This document shows, one piece after another, positions 30,250 through 40,779 of a stretch of 64,000 nt of DNA. The stretch covers positions 1,600,001 to 1,664,000 of the forward strand of contig CAXXLL010000003.1 in assembly GCA_963662545.2 (NCBI GenBank). The letters are read 5' to 3'. Under the pieces are notes generated by a model that searched no databases, was not told the origin of the DNA, and was given only the letters and a program-made list of their open reading frames with translations. Numbering within the stretch: the stretch's first letter is position 1; each line of letters begins with the position of its first letter. Source of the DNA: Gammaproteobacteria bacterium (GTDB lineage: Bacteria; Pseudomonadota; Gammaproteobacteria; Ga0077536). Both the position numbers and the translations under genes were made by a program.

Positions 30250-31148
30250 GCGTGGATCGTTACTTCTGCACAATTCATGGCATTCTTAACCCTCTCCCGA
30301 TACTGTTCCGACAACCAAGTCAAAGGCAAGCGGATACCGGCTTTCACCAATCCCAATTCATGGACCGCCCACTTGACGGGAATCGGGTTCGCCTCGAGAA
30401 AGAGATCACGGTGCAGGGCTTGGAGCCGGCTGTCGATGTCTCTAGCGGTTTCCTCATCTCTCTGCAGCACGGCGGTACACAATTCATGCATGAGCCGGGG
30501 CGCAACGTTGGCGGTTACTGAAATGACACCATGCCCTCCTGCCATGAGGAAATCACAAGCCGTGGCGTCGTCGCCGCTCAGCAGCAGGAAATCTTCGCCG
30601 GCGCGTTCCCGAATTTCTGCAACCCGATTGACTTCGGCCGTCGCTTCCTTGATGCCGATGATGTTGTCCACAGCCGCCAGTCTTCCGACCGTTTCCGGCA
30701 CCATGTCGCAAGCCGTACGTCCGGGAACGTTGTACAGAATCTGAGGAATATCGACGGCTTCGGCAACTGCCTCGAAATGCAGATACAGTCCTTCCTGGGT
30801 TGGCTTGTTGTAATACGGCGTAACCAGCAGACACGCGTCCGCGCCCGCCGTCTTCGCGCACTGCGTCAGGCGGATCGCTTCGTGCGTGGAGTTGGCTCCC
30901 GTTCCGGCGACCACCGGTATGCGGCCGGAAACGAGATCAACTACCATGCGAATGGCCTCACAGTGCTCTTCTTCGCTAAGGGTTGCTGACTCCCCGGTCG
31001 TGCCGACGGCGACGATGCCATCGCTGCCTTGATCGATATGAAACTCGACGAGCTCGGCGAAACCGTTCTCATCGAGCGGGGTTTCCGGACCGACTCCCGC
31101 CATCATGGGGGATACCAGAGCGACCAGGCTGCCGCTGAGCGAGTGCAT
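30246..31148 (-). CDS. dapA: 4-hydroxy-tetrahydrodipicolinate synthase
   Basis: GTTGESATL, PYYNKP, LYNVPGRT, GIKEA, EANPIPVK. Confidence 0.97.
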   Translation of the reverse strand: MHSLSGSLVALVSPMMAGVGPETPLDENGFAELVEFHIDQGSDGIVAVGTTGESATLSEEEHCEAIRMVVDLVSGRIPVVAGTGANSTHEAIRLTQCAKTAGADACLLVTPYYNKPTQEGLYLHFEAVAEAVDIPQILYNVPGRTACDMVPETVGRLAAVDNIIGIKEATAEVNRVAEIRERAGEDFLLLSGDDATACDFLMAGGHGVISVTANVAPRLMHELCTAVLQRDEETARDIDSRLQALHRDLFLEANPIPVKWAVHELGLVKAGIRLPLTWLSEQYRERVKNAMNCAEVTIHA

Positions 31149-31332
31149 AGTAATATCCTTTAAAACAATCGCTTATATTAACTACTAGGCGCTATCAGGA
31201 CAAGATGGGAGGGTTTTATAGGGTCGTTGGCATCTGGCCGGGATTCGACCCGGACTTGCGGCTTACCGCGAACTCCAAGACAATCCCCGGTCCCCCGGAC
31301 GACTCGAACCACCACCACGACGCCCCTTCTAA

Positions 31333-31860
31333 ATGAAGAATTTCATTGCCATATCAGCTATCGGTGCAAATCGCCCGGGACTAATAGAACCGCTCGTTAA
31401 AACGATCAGTGAGTGCGGCTGCAATATTGTAGAATCTCGCATGTCCGTTCTGGGCGATCGCATTGCGATCATAATGCTCCTGTCGGGTACCTGGGACGCT
31501 ATTGCCAAGATTGAAAACCTGCTTGCGAGGCTTGAATCGGATCTTGAAATCACCCTTATCGCGCAGCGGGCGAAGACGCGCGAACCGGAACATGACTTGA
31601 TGCCCTACGCAGTAGAGGTGGTAGCGGTCGACCAGACTGGAATCGTTCACCAAATCGCGCAATTCTTCGCCCGGAGGCACATCAATATCGAGGATCTATA
31701 TTCTGGAAATTATGCTGCCGCACACACCGGAACGCCGATGTTTTCATTGCATATGACCGTCAGTATTCCAACCGACATCTCAATTGCCGCGCTGCGCAAT
31801 GAATTCATGGATTTTTGTGACCAGCTCAACCTGGATGCCATTATGGAGCCGGTCAAATAG
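31333..31860 (+). CDS. gcvR: Glycine cleavage system regulator GcvR (2x ACT)
   Basis: Two ACT domains (NRPGL..CNIVESRM; DQTGIV); divergent from dapA. Confidence 0.9.
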   Translation: MKNFIAISAIGANRPGLIEPLVKTISECGCNIVESRMSVLGDRIAIIMLLSGTWDAIAKIENLLARLESDLEITLIAQRAKTREPEHDLMPYAVEVVAVDQTGIVHQIAQFFARRHINIEDLYSGNYAAAHTGTPMFSLHMTVSIPTDISIAALRNEFMDFCDQLNLDAIMEPVK

Positions 31861-32923
31861 CAGCGGCTTCGATGTCGACCCGGCTGGGCCAGGCTTTCAA
31901 CAAGGATTTTACGAGTGTGGCGAGCGGAATCGCGAAAAAAACGCCCCAGAAACCCCATAAGCCGCCAAATACCAGCACTGCGACGATAATCGCTACGGGG
32001 TGCAGATTGACGACGTCTGAAAACAGCAGCGGTACCAGCAGGTTTCCATCCAAGGCTTGAATGATGCCGTAAGCGACCATGATCCAAATGAAATCGGCTC
32101 CCCATCCGAACTGTATGTAAGCCGCAACCGCGACAGGCAGGGTAATTACGGCGGCACCTATGTATGGCACGATGACTGACAATCCGACCAGAACCGCGAG
32201 CATGGGCGCATAAGACAAACCCAATAACGCGAACGACGCATAGGTTACGGATCCAACGATGAATATCTCGTAAACCTTTCCGCGAACGTAATTACCAATT
32301 TGATCATCGACGTCGTGCCACACCTCCACCAGGACTCTGCGATCCTTGGGCAAGAACGCGGACAACCAAGCTGCGAGATCATCCTTATCTTTGAGAAAGA
32401 AGAACACGAGTACTGGCGCCAGGATTAGATACACCAACACGGTGACCATGACCGGTATCGATGCGAGGGAAAGCGTCAGGGCGCTTTGTCCAAGTGCGCT
32501 GATTTCGCTGCGAATGGTATCGATCACCTCGTCGATCTGCGGTGTCGTAATCGAATTTGGATAGGTTTCCGGCAAGCGCACTAAGAGTTCTCGCCACTGC
32601 GATACCATGCGCGGCAAATCATGCACGAAATTCGTCAGCTGCCGGGAGACGATGGGTGCCAGACCGACCACCAGAAACGCCAGAATCGTGAGGAATACCG
32701 TGAAAACAATAGTCACGGCCACAATCCTCGAAAGCCCATGCGTCTCAAGATAATGAACCGAGCCTTCGAGCAAATAGGCGATGACCAAAGCAGCCAGCAC
32801 CGGCGCGAGCATGTCGCCAAAAAAAATTACGAGGATGAAACCCACGACCAGGAGAACGACCAAGAGCACGGCCTGCGGGTGCGAAAAATGCCGTTTGTAC
32901 CAGTCGCTAACTAATTCGATCAT
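31853..32923 (-). CDS. AI-2E family transporter (PerM-like)
   Basis: QIGNYVRGK, PYIGA, QALDGNLLVPLLFS, LHPVAII. Confidence 0.92.
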   Translation of the reverse strand: MIELVSDWYKRHFSHPQAVLLVVLLVVGFILVIFFGDMLAPVLAALVIAYLLEGSVHYLETHGLSRIVAVTIVFTVFLTILAFLVVGLAPIVSRQLTNFVHDLPRMVSQWRELLVRLPETYPNSITTPQIDEVIDTIRSEISALGQSALTLSLASIPVMVTVLVYLILAPVLVFFFLKDKDDLAAWLSAFLPKDRRVLVEVWHDVDDQIGNYVRGKVYEIFIVGSVTYASFALLGLSYAPMLAVLVGLSVIVPYIGAAVITLPVAVAAYIQFGWGADFIWIMVAYGIIQALDGNLLVPLLFSDVVNLHPVAIIVAVLVFGGLWGFWGVFFAIPLATLVKSLLKAWPSRVDIEAAAI

Positions 32924-33130
32924 GCTCCTACCGCTGGATTGACTTTCGCGAAGAGTCTATATCAATGCGGAATCCCAAATTCACCGCATGTTGTGCCCGT
33001 TATGGGAATATTTCCACCTGAGCTCGCAGAACGGGCACATTCTTTACGCCAACCCGCATATTACGCGGTTTGGGGGATGTTGGAATGCTCCATCCTGATA
33101 TGATTTTGCCAAGGATGAACTGACACGCTG

Positions 33131-34225
33131 ATGGCTGCCGATTTGAGAAGTTGCGACGGGCTCGATCTGGACGTGCGGGCGGTTGTCGAATCAATTCGGC
33201 GCTGGGCTCACCAAATCGGATTTCAACACGCCGCCGTTGCCAATATTGCGCTCCAAAAAGATGAAGTGCATCTTTCCAAATGGCTGAAGGACGGGTTCCA
33301 CGGCACGATGTCCTATATGCAACGTAACGGCTCCAAGCGCGCGCATCCAGAATTGCTCGTACCAGGGACGATTTCCGTAATTTCGCTGCGAATGGATTAC
33401 ATGCGCCAGAGTGTCGAGGATTCTCTGTCATTGCTGGACAAACCGGGCAAAGCCTACATTGCACGCTACGCGCTCGGCCGTGATTACCATAAGGTTCTGC
33501 GTTCACGACTAAAACGGCTTGCGCAACGTATCGAGGGGCTCGTCGGACCCTTCGGTTATCGTGTATTCACCGACAGCGCACCGGTGTTGGAACGCGCGCT
33601 CGCACGCAACGCGGGACACGGTTGGATTGGAAAGCACACTAATCTGATTAACCGCCACGACGGTTCGCTTTTTTTCCTGGGGGAGATCTTTACGGATCTA
33701 CCGCTTGAGCCCGAACGCATATTCGAGAGCGAGCACTGCGGGAGTTGCACGCGCTGCATCGACATCTGCCCGACGGGCGCGATCGTCGCGCCGTTCAAAC
33801 TGGATGCGCGACGGTGCATTTCATACCTCACCATCGAGTATAAAGGCAGCATTCCGGAAGCCTTGAGGCCTTCGATCGGTAATCGCATATTCGGCTGCGA
33901 TGACTGCCAGCTCGTCTGCCCGTGGAACCGCTATGCAAGGATGTCCGCGGTCGCTGATTTTGCCCCGCGTCATGGGCTCGATGATCCGGACCTTGTGAGC
34001 CTGTTTTCCCTGAACGAATCGGAATTCGACACGATGACCCAAGGCTCCGCCATCCGGCGGATTTCTTACGAACAATGGCTGCGTAACCTCGCCGTGGCCA
34101 TGGGCAATGCACCATTCGACGTCCAAATCGTGAGAGCGTTGCAGTTGCGGCGGAAACATCCGTCGGTAATCGTACGCGAACACGTCGAATGGGCGCTCAC
34201 GCGCCAGGCGGCACAACGAGCGTAG
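33131..34225 (+). CDS. queG: Epoxyqueuosine reductase
   Basis: RYALGRDYH, DSAPVLE, CGSCTRCIDICPT, GCDDCQLVCPWN. Confidence 0.96.
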   Translation: MAADLRSCDGLDLDVRAVVESIRRWAHQIGFQHAAVANIALQKDEVHLSKWLKDGFHGTMSYMQRNGSKRAHPELLVPGTISVISLRMDYMRQSVEDSLSLLDKPGKAYIARYALGRDYHKVLRSRLKRLAQRIEGLVGPFGYRVFTDSAPVLERALARNAGHGWIGKHTNLINRHDGSLFFLGEIFTDLPLEPERIFESEHCGSCTRCIDICPTGAIVAPFKLDARRCISYLTIEYKGSIPEALRPSIGNRIFGCDDCQLVCPWNRYARMSAVADFAPRHGLDDPDLVSLFSLNESEFDTMTQGSAIRRISYEQWLRNLAVAMGNAPFDVQIVRALQLRRKHPSVIVREHVEWALTRQAAQRA

Positions 34226-34238
34226 GGCATTGCTTTAG

Positions 34239-34399
34239 GGAGCCTCTGAATAAATCATGGCCCATCTGCCTTGCCCATGAAATCGCGGAGGCTTAACCGA
34301 CGAACCTTAGCCATAGTCCCCGCTAAGGCCTGCGATTCGTGCCTTGACCTGCACCATTGCATGAACCATTCAAACCCACCATGACTTATTCAAAGGCCC
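34239..34399 (-). mobile_element. MITE family A copy 3 (161 bp)
   Basis: TTAG|GGAGCCTCTGAATAA...TTATTCAAAGGCCC|TTAG. Confidence 0.88.
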
Positions 34400-34602
34400 T
34401 TAGTCGGCCGGCTAGAGGAAACTTCTCGACCTTCGTCTCCGCGTGGTCGCGAAAACGCAGCTGTTCTTGCACTCAATCCATCAAGCGCTAAAGTCCTTGA
34501 TGGATGTCGCTACATCCATGGACGGAAAATCGTCCAGTGAATAACTCCGTTTTAGGAGCCTGTTAAACTACATCTATTCGATAAAGCGCCGCTGATCCTC
34601 AT

Positions 34603-36942
34603 ATGGACAGGTATTTCGATCTCAACCAGCAAACCTATGACTGGTGCGTACGGGCCTTCGACCAGGTTCGAAAGGTTCTGGGCGTTCAGATAAAAATGCA
34701 TCACGGGCACCGGCAAATCGATAACGGCGACATTTTCCTATACAACCATTTCTCGCGGGTCGAAACCTTTATTCCACAGTATTTGATCTACCATGAAACC
34801 GGTGAATTTTGCCGTTCGATCGCCGCGGCGGAATTTTTCAAGGGCAGCGATCGTTTCGCGAACGCATTGCGTGATCTCGGCGTCGTACCCAATGATCACC
34901 CGCACCTCATGGAGTTATTGGCGACGGATATCCTGAAAGGGCGCAAGATCGTGGTGTTCCCGGAAGGGGGCATGGTCAAGGATCGCCAGGTCGTCGATGA
35001 ACGCGGTCGCTACAATGTGTTCTCGCGCCATGCGAATGAACGCCGCAAACATCACACGGGCGCCGCACGACTCGCCATCGGGCTGCAGATATTCAAGCAA
35101 GCCGTCCTATTTCGCGATCGCATCGGAGACCAGGCCCGCCTTGACGCCTGGTCGCGAGATCTTCGTTTGAGCGGCGTGGACGAATTGATCGAAGCCGCCT
35201 CGCGCCCCGTCGCAGTGGTCCCGGCGAGTATCACATTTTATCCGCTGCGTATCAGTGACAACATTCTTCGTCGCGGTGCGGAGATGCTACCGGGCGAACT
35301 CAGCAAACGCGCCATTGATGAGTTGATAGTGGAGGGCAATATCCTGCTCAAGGCGACGGACATGGATATCAATCTTGGGCCCACTCTTCGAATCGAGGAG
35401 CAGTCCTCGTGGTTTGAGAAGCGCGTTGGGGGCTATCTCGCGCGCGAACTGCCGGATTTGAATTCCATATTTGATATCGAATACCTGAGTGCAAGTATAG
35501 TTCGCCGGACCGCGACTCGGGCCGTTCGAATAGCGATCAACCGACTTCGAGATCGCTATATGCGCGACATTTATCAAACTGTGACCGTTAACCTGTCTCA
35601 CCTGGCGTCCACCATTCTTCTGAAATGTGCTGAACAAGGTACGACGACCTTGTCCGAACGCTACTTTCGGGAAGCGCTCTACCTGTCGGTCAAGCGGCTG
35701 CAAAATCATCGGGAAATTCGTCTGCACCGGGGACTATGCAATCCGGGACGTTACCAGCCCGTGCTCGAGGCGGCGCCTTCTGCCCTGACCCAGTTTCTCG
35801 TTTCCGCCGAAGCGGCCGCACTCCTCGAACGGCAAAATGACCAATTGATTCTGAAGCAAAAGCTCAAGGAGGAACACGAGTTCGACGAAATAAGACTGGA
35901 GAATCCGATAGAGGTTTATGCCAACGAGGTCGAACCCTTGAAACCAGTCGGTAAGGCGGTCCGCTCCGCTCTCGATCGGGCCGGTAAGATATCTAGGCGT
36001 GAGCTTGCGTATGAATTCTACGATGATGAAATCAAGTCGCTGGAATGGGACAAAACGATATATGGCAAACGCAAGCATTTCGAGATTAACTCGCGTGAAA
36101 CGGCGAGCGCGGATCCCAGCCCGTTTTTCTTCGTACCGGATAAGCCCAGGCGCATAGGTATCGTTCTCATCCACGGCTTCCTCGCCTCGCCTGCCGAAGT
36201 CAGGAGTTTTGGTGAAGAACTACACGAACTCGGTTACATAACGCTCGGGGTGCGGCTCAAAGGCCACGGCACCTCGCCGTGGGACCTGCGTGACCGTTCG
36301 TGGAAAGACTGGATGCGGTCAGTAGAAAGGGGACGCGAAATTATTGAGGCATTCGTCGATGAATACACCGTCGTCGGATTTTCAACCGGCGGCTCACTCG
36401 GTCTGGTAACTGCGGCGGATCGGCCCGAATCGATTGCCGGAATCGTTGCGATCAGCCCACCCGTCAAATTCCATAACAAGAACATGCTCTTTGTTCCATT
36501 GATGCACGGTGCCAACCGTGTGGTTCGATGGCTGTCGTCCTATGAGGGCGTCATGCCATTCAGACCAAACGAATCCGAACATCCATTGATCAATTATCGC
36601 CATATGCCGCTGCGGGGACTCTATGAGCTAAAGCGGCTCGCAGGGCATCTAAATTCCATTTTGCCGGAGATTGAACCACCGGTGTGCGTCATACAGGCGT
36701 TGAACGATCGAGTTGTCGACCCAAAAAGCGCAGCGATCATCCACGAAAAAGCAGGTTCAACCTTGAAGGAGCTGCACTGGATCGAGTCGGAACGTCATGG
36801 CATTCTGAATGAAGATATCGGAGAAACGCGAAATCGGGTGATTGAATTTCTCGACCGGCTCGATAAGGGACAAATTGATCTCGATCACCGGGGCTCATCG
36901 ACGACCGAAGGCCTTCAGATACCTGTCGACGTAGCGTCTTGA
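34603..36942 (+). CDS. Fusion of a PlsC/LPLAT-type acyltransferase domain and a C-terminal carboxylesterase/lipase domain
   Basis: NHFSRVE and VVFPEGG acyltransferase blocks; LIHGF, RLKGHGT, VGFSTGG, ND.VVDP, RHGIL hydrolase motifs. Confidence 0.8.
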   Translation: MDRYFDLNQQTYDWCVRAFDQVRKVLGVQIKMHHGHRQIDNGDIFLYNHFSRVETFIPQYLIYHETGEFCRSIAAAEFFKGSDRFANALRDLGVVPNDHPHLMELLATDILKGRKIVVFPEGGMVKDRQVVDERGRYNVFSRHANERRKHHTGAARLAIGLQIFKQAVLFRDRIGDQARLDAWSRDLRLSGVDELIEAASRPVAVVPASITFYPLRISDNILRRGAEMLPGELSKRAIDELIVEGNILLKATDMDINLGPTLRIEEQSSWFEKRVGGYLARELPDLNSIFDIEYLSASIVRRTATRAVRIAINRLRDRYMRDIYQTVTVNLSHLASTILLKCAEQGTTTLSERYFREALYLSVKRLQNHREIRLHRGLCNPGRYQPVLEAAPSALTQFLVSAEAAALLERQNDQLILKQKLKEEHEFDEIRLENPIEVYANEVEPLKPVGKAVRSALDRAGKISRRELAYEFYDDEIKSLEWDKTIYGKRKHFEINSRETASADPSPFFFVPDKPRRIGIVLIHGFLASPAEVRSFGEELHELGYITLGVRLKGHGTSPWDLRDRSWKDWMRSVERGREIIEAFVDEYTVVGFSTGGSLGLVTAADRPESIAGIVAISPPVKFHNKNMLFVPLMHGANRVVRWLSSYEGVMPFRPNESEHPLINYRHMPLRGLYELKRLAGHLNSILPEIEPPVCVIQALNDRVVDPKSAAIIHEKAGSTLKELHWIESERHGILNEDIGETRNRVIEFLDRLDKGQIDLDHRGSSTTEGLQIPVDVAS

Positions 36943-37060
36943 CAGGGCCGCCGCCGCTCGATGTGCAGGGCTACTCACCGCCCCGAACGGTAAAGTACTT
37001 CATCGACGGAACTCGGCGCCGGATCGAATTCTATGGTGCCTTTTCGCAGAAGTGACTTCC

Positions 37061-37921
37061 TCAGGGATCTCGCGACACCGTGGCGTGCAAGCTAAGCCGT
37101 TCGGCCCAACCTCTGATCCGCTGCGCAATCTCATCCTCGAACCCGAGATATCGGGCATCGGCTCCGCCTAATACGATGAGCCTGTACTGGCCGAAAGCCC
37201 TGCGAGCGGCGTCCTTTTCACGGTGCCTGGACGATGTGACAGCGCGTTCGTCGCGTGCGCCGATCAGTTCCAGCATGGGAAGGTCATCAATTTCACCCTG
37301 CCACATACCGAGTGCGGCGAACGCCGAAACTTCGCGAGGAACTCCGTTTTGAAGGCATTGGCGCATTAGTGTCGCGCCGGCGGAATTGCCAGCCATGACG
37401 ATTCGGGAGATACCATCCTCGATCAAAAACTGAATTGCATCGCGAATTCGGGCGACTGCCGTTTCGGCCAGAGCTTCATATTCATCGAGGCTCGCGCCCC
37501 GTGCGAGAAGTGTCGGCTGCACTGCGAGCACAGACCAACCATTTACCGGAAATCCGCGGAAGAACGCCTCGGTCATTTCGTCGTTTCCGACAAATGCACC
37601 GCGAGACGGGACGAAGAGCAGCGCGCCTTGCGGCGTCGGGCCCCGCGCGCGTTCGAATCGGACGATGAACGGTAGTTCCGGCGTCCCGAGTACAAGGAAT
37701 TCCTCGGGCAGGGCTTTCCGTTCGATCAGTTCGAGAATCGCCCGCTCGCGCTGTCTCCCATATGAAATTGCAATGCCGGGGCTCGCGCTCGGGTTGTTCC
37801 CCTTGGCAGCGAGCTTGGGCGCGTCGTTTCCTTCGGCCACAGCGGTCGTTGCGGCAAACAATAGCAACGCACTCGGAAAAAAAAGCCCCGGCAGCCGGAC
37901 CGGCCGATATCGACTGAACAT
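37061..37921 (-). CDS. Exported alpha/beta-hydrolase-like protein (DUF3530-like)
   Basis: Signal peptide, GWSVLAV, RIVMAGNSAGA, RIRGW end; upstream of rpe; start uncertain. Confidence 0.6.
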   Translation of the reverse strand: MFSRYRPVRLPGLFFPSALLLFAATTAVAEGNDAPKLAAKGNNPSASPGIAISYGRQRERAILELIERKALPEEFLVLGTPELPFIVRFERARGPTPQGALLFVPSRGAFVGNDEMTEAFFRGFPVNGWSVLAVQPTLLARGASLDEYEALAETAVARIRDAIQFLIEDGISRIVMAGNSAGATLMRQCLQNGVPREVSAFAALGMWQGEIDDLPMLELIGARDERAVTSSRHREKDAARRAFGQYRLIVLGGADARYLGFEDEIAQRIRGWAERLSLHATVSRDP

Positions 37922-38227
37922 ACCAGGGTTATCGGCACCCGTCGCTGTTTCCATAGCAAAGCCGTAAATTTCACCAGCGTTCGTCACGAGGTGGTTCAAG
38001 CGTCCGGAATGGCTGGTGTAACTCCGGGCGGATGCCAGGAACGGCTATCCGTATCAGGTTGAGCATTCCGACCGAGTAAACGCCGGTCAGGGCGTACCAT
38101 CGGGCCGTAGCAGCAGAAGGATGGCGAGATATGCGCGCTAGGCCCTTCAACCGGTCCGGGTGCATCGTTTCATAGGATGCGGTAGAGTGCGCCCGCATTG
38201 AAATAGGCTCACAACCTACCGCATCCC

Positions 38228-38908
38228 ATGAAACTCGACCCGCTTATCGCCCCCTCCATTTTGTCGGCTGATTTTGCGCGCCTGGGAGAGGAAGTTGATG
38301 CCGTCCTGAACGCAGGCGCGGACTTGATCCATTTCGATGTGATGGACAACCACTATGTACCGAACCTGACAATCGGTCCGCTCCTTTGCCGCGCGTTGCG
38401 TGATTATGGTGTAACTGCCCCGATCGACATCCACTTAATGGTTAGCCCGGTCGACCGCCTGATCGGTGAATTCGCGGACGCGGGCGCAAACTACATCACG
38501 TTCCATCCCGAAGCGTGTGAACACGTCGACCGCAATCTGCAGCAGGTCCGCGATGCCGGTTGTCGATCGGGCCTCGTGTTCAACCCGGCGACGCCGTTAA
38601 ATGCGCTGGATTACGTAATGGATAAAGTCGATATGATTTTGATCATGTCGGTCAATCCCGGCTTCGGTGGTCAATCGTTTATTCCATCGGCGCTGGATAA
38701 GCTCCGCAGTGCGAGGCGCCTGATAGACGAGTCCGGGCTTTCGATTCGCCTCGAGATCGACGGCGGCGTGAAAATCGATAACATAGGTGAGATCGCTGGC
38801 GCCGGAGCCGATACCTTCGTTGCGGGATCAGCCATTTTTGGTAGCGCGAATTACCGCAATACAATCTCGGAGATGCGCGGGGCTGTCGAAAGCGCCAAAG
38901 CAAGATGA
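38228..38908 (+). CDS. rpe: Ribulose-phosphate 3-epimerase
   Basis: [38 protein letters not shown]. Confidence 0.97.
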   Translation: MKLDPLIAPSILSADFARLGEEVDAVLNAGADLIHFDVMDNHYVPNLTIGPLLCRALRDYGVTAPIDIHLMVSPVDRLIGEFADAGANYITFHPEACEHVDRNLQQVRDAGCRSGLVFNPATPLNALDYVMDKVDMILIMSVNPGFGGQSFIPSALDKLRSARRLIDESGLSIRLEIDGGVKIDNIGEIAGAGADTFVAGSAIFGSANYRNTISEMRGAVESAKAR

Positions 38909-39138
38909 CGAAACAAAGAGGCGCCGTGCTGTTCGATTTGGACGGTACCCTGGTAGACAGCGCGCCCGATATTTCCGACGCGGTTGCCCAGCCCCTCCGC
39001 GAATGCGGATTGACGCCGCCTGGAGAATGCGCTGTTCGCGGATTCATCGGTAACTACGCGGTTTTTCTGATCCATCGTGCCATCAGCCGAATTATGCCTG
39101 GCCAGGAAAATGACGGCTCGCCTGCAGATTCTTCATGA
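38905..39138 (+). pseudogene. gph: Truncated phosphoglycolate phosphatase (N-terminal ~65 aa only)
   Basis: HAD motif I FDLDGTLVDSAPD and VRGFIGN..LIHRA, then ends at 77 aa without motifs II-IV; follows rpe. Confidence 0.85.
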
Positions 39139-39728
39139 TCTTGATGATCGACAATTACGACTCCTTCACCTATAACCTCGTGCAGTACTGCGGCGAGTTG
39201 GGTCAGGATGTCGAGGTCGTACGGAACGACGCTATTCGACTGGATCAGATCCGGAGGATGAAGCCGGACTACATCATTATATCTCCTGGTCCTTGCACAC
39301 CCAATGAAGCGGGAATATCGATGGAGGTTGCGCGATCGCTCGGCGGAGAGATTCCGATCCTGGGCGTGTGCCTCGGCCATCAGAGCATCGCGCAGGCTTA
39401 CGGAGGCCGAATCGTGCACGCAAGGCAAGTCATGCACGGCAAAACCTCGAAAATTTATCACAACGGCAAATGCATTTTCTCAGGCTTAGAAAATCCGTTT
39501 ACCGCCACACGCTATCACTCACTCGTCGCGGAACGGGATTCGCTGCCCGAATGCTTCGAGGTCACCGCATGGACGGTAAGGCACGACGGAACTCGCGATG
39601 AAATTATGGGGTTGCAGCACCAATCGCTCGAATTACATGGCGTTCAGTTCCATCCGGAATCAATTTTGACCGATTTCGGGCACGACCTGCTCCGCAATTT
39701 TTTAACACAGTCCACAGCCACTACTTGA
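39135..39728 (+). CDS. trpG: Anthranilate synthase component II
   Basis: [29 protein letters not shown]. Confidence 0.95.
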   Translation: MILMIDNYDSFTYNLVQYCGELGQDVEVVRNDAIRLDQIRRMKPDYIIISPGPCTPNEAGISMEVARSLGGEIPILGVCLGHQSIAQAYGGRIVHARQVMHGKTSKIYHNGKCIFSGLENPFTATRYHSLVAERDSLPECFEVTAWTVRHDGTRDEIMGLQHQSLELHGVQFHPESILTDFGHDLLRNFLTQSTATT

Positions 39729-39734
39729 TTTCCA

Positions 39735-40757
39735 GTGGATATCAAATCGGCCATCCGCAACGTTGTCGGCGGGAATAATCTGAGTTTCGATGACATGCAT
39801 GATGTCATGGAGGTCATCATGGCCGGCGACGCCACACCGGCACAGATTGCGGGGCTTTTGATCGCTCTTCGGATGAAAGGCGAAACCATAGAGGAGATAG
39901 CTGCCGCAGCTAGTGTGATGCGCGAACTCGCTGCTCACGTGGACATCGATCGCTCGCCGTTAATCGATACGTGCGGGACGGGCGGCGACGGAATCGGCAC
40001 ATTTAATATCTCTACCGCAGCGGCCTTTGTCGTGGCTGCTGCCGGGGGAAACATTGCCAAACACGGTAACCGGGCAGCATCCAGTGCAAGCGGTAGCGCA
40101 GATGTTCTGGAAGCAGCCGGCGCGCGTATCGATCTTGCGCCGAATCAAGTCGCGGCTTGCATTCGAGAGGTCGGCGTCGGGTTCATGTTCGCTCCGAGAC
40201 ATCACAGTGCAACGCGCCACGCGGCAGGGCCGCGCCGCGAACTCGGTACGCGAACCTTGTTCAACGTCCTCGGACCTCTGACCAATCCGGCGAACGCTTC
40301 GGCGCAGTTGATGGGCGTCTTCGACAAAACCTGGGTGCCGCGTGCGGCGGAAGTTCTCCGACGCCTCGGGGTCGAGCGCGCACTGGTTGTTTGTGCCAAG
40401 GACGGAATGGATGAAATAAGCATCGGCAGCATCACCTACGCGGCCGAGTTAGATGCAGGTGAGGTCCGGAATTATGAAATCGATCCCCGAGATTTTGGCG
40501 TACCGCTCCAATCGCTGGAAGCGTTGGGGGCGAGTGATGCGCAGGATAGCCTGGATATCATTCGTTCGGTATTCGACAATGAAGTCGGGCCTGCCCTTGA
40601 CGTCATCGGATTGAATGCAGGCGCCGCTATCTATGTCGGGGAGATGTCGCCCGACCTGGCGCAGGGCATCGTGCGTGCGCGACAAGTCATTGCCGAAGGC
40701 AAGGCAAAACAGAAGTTCGAACGATTTATCGAATTTACCCGCTCGCTTCCTGAATGA
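39735..40757 (+). CDS. trpD: Anthranilate phosphoribosyltransferase
   Basis: [33 protein letters not shown]. Confidence 0.97.
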   Translation: MDIKSAIRNVVGGNNLSFDDMHDVMEVIMAGDATPAQIAGLLIALRMKGETIEEIAAAASVMRELAAHVDIDRSPLIDTCGTGGDGIGTFNISTAAAFVVAAAGGNIAKHGNRAASSASGSADVLEAAGARIDLAPNQVAACIREVGVGFMFAPRHHSATRHAAGPRRELGTRTLFNVLGPLTNPANASAQLMGVFDKTWVPRAAEVLRRLGVERALVVCAKDGMDEISIGSITYAAELDAGEVRNYEIDPRDFGVPLQSLEALGASDAQDSLDIIRSVFDNEVGPALDVIGLNAGAAIYVGEMSPDLAQGIVRARQVIAEGKAKQKFERFIEFTRSLPE

Positions 40758-40779
40758 ACGAAAGATTTTTATCGCCGCG

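Noticed and set aside
32992-33074. Hairpins upstream of queG as a preQ1 riboswitch
   Set aside because: Inverted repeats exist, but I could not see preQ1 consensus features.
40615-40779. N-terminal extension of TrpC
   Set aside because: It overlaps trpD; homology starts at MFDIL (40780).
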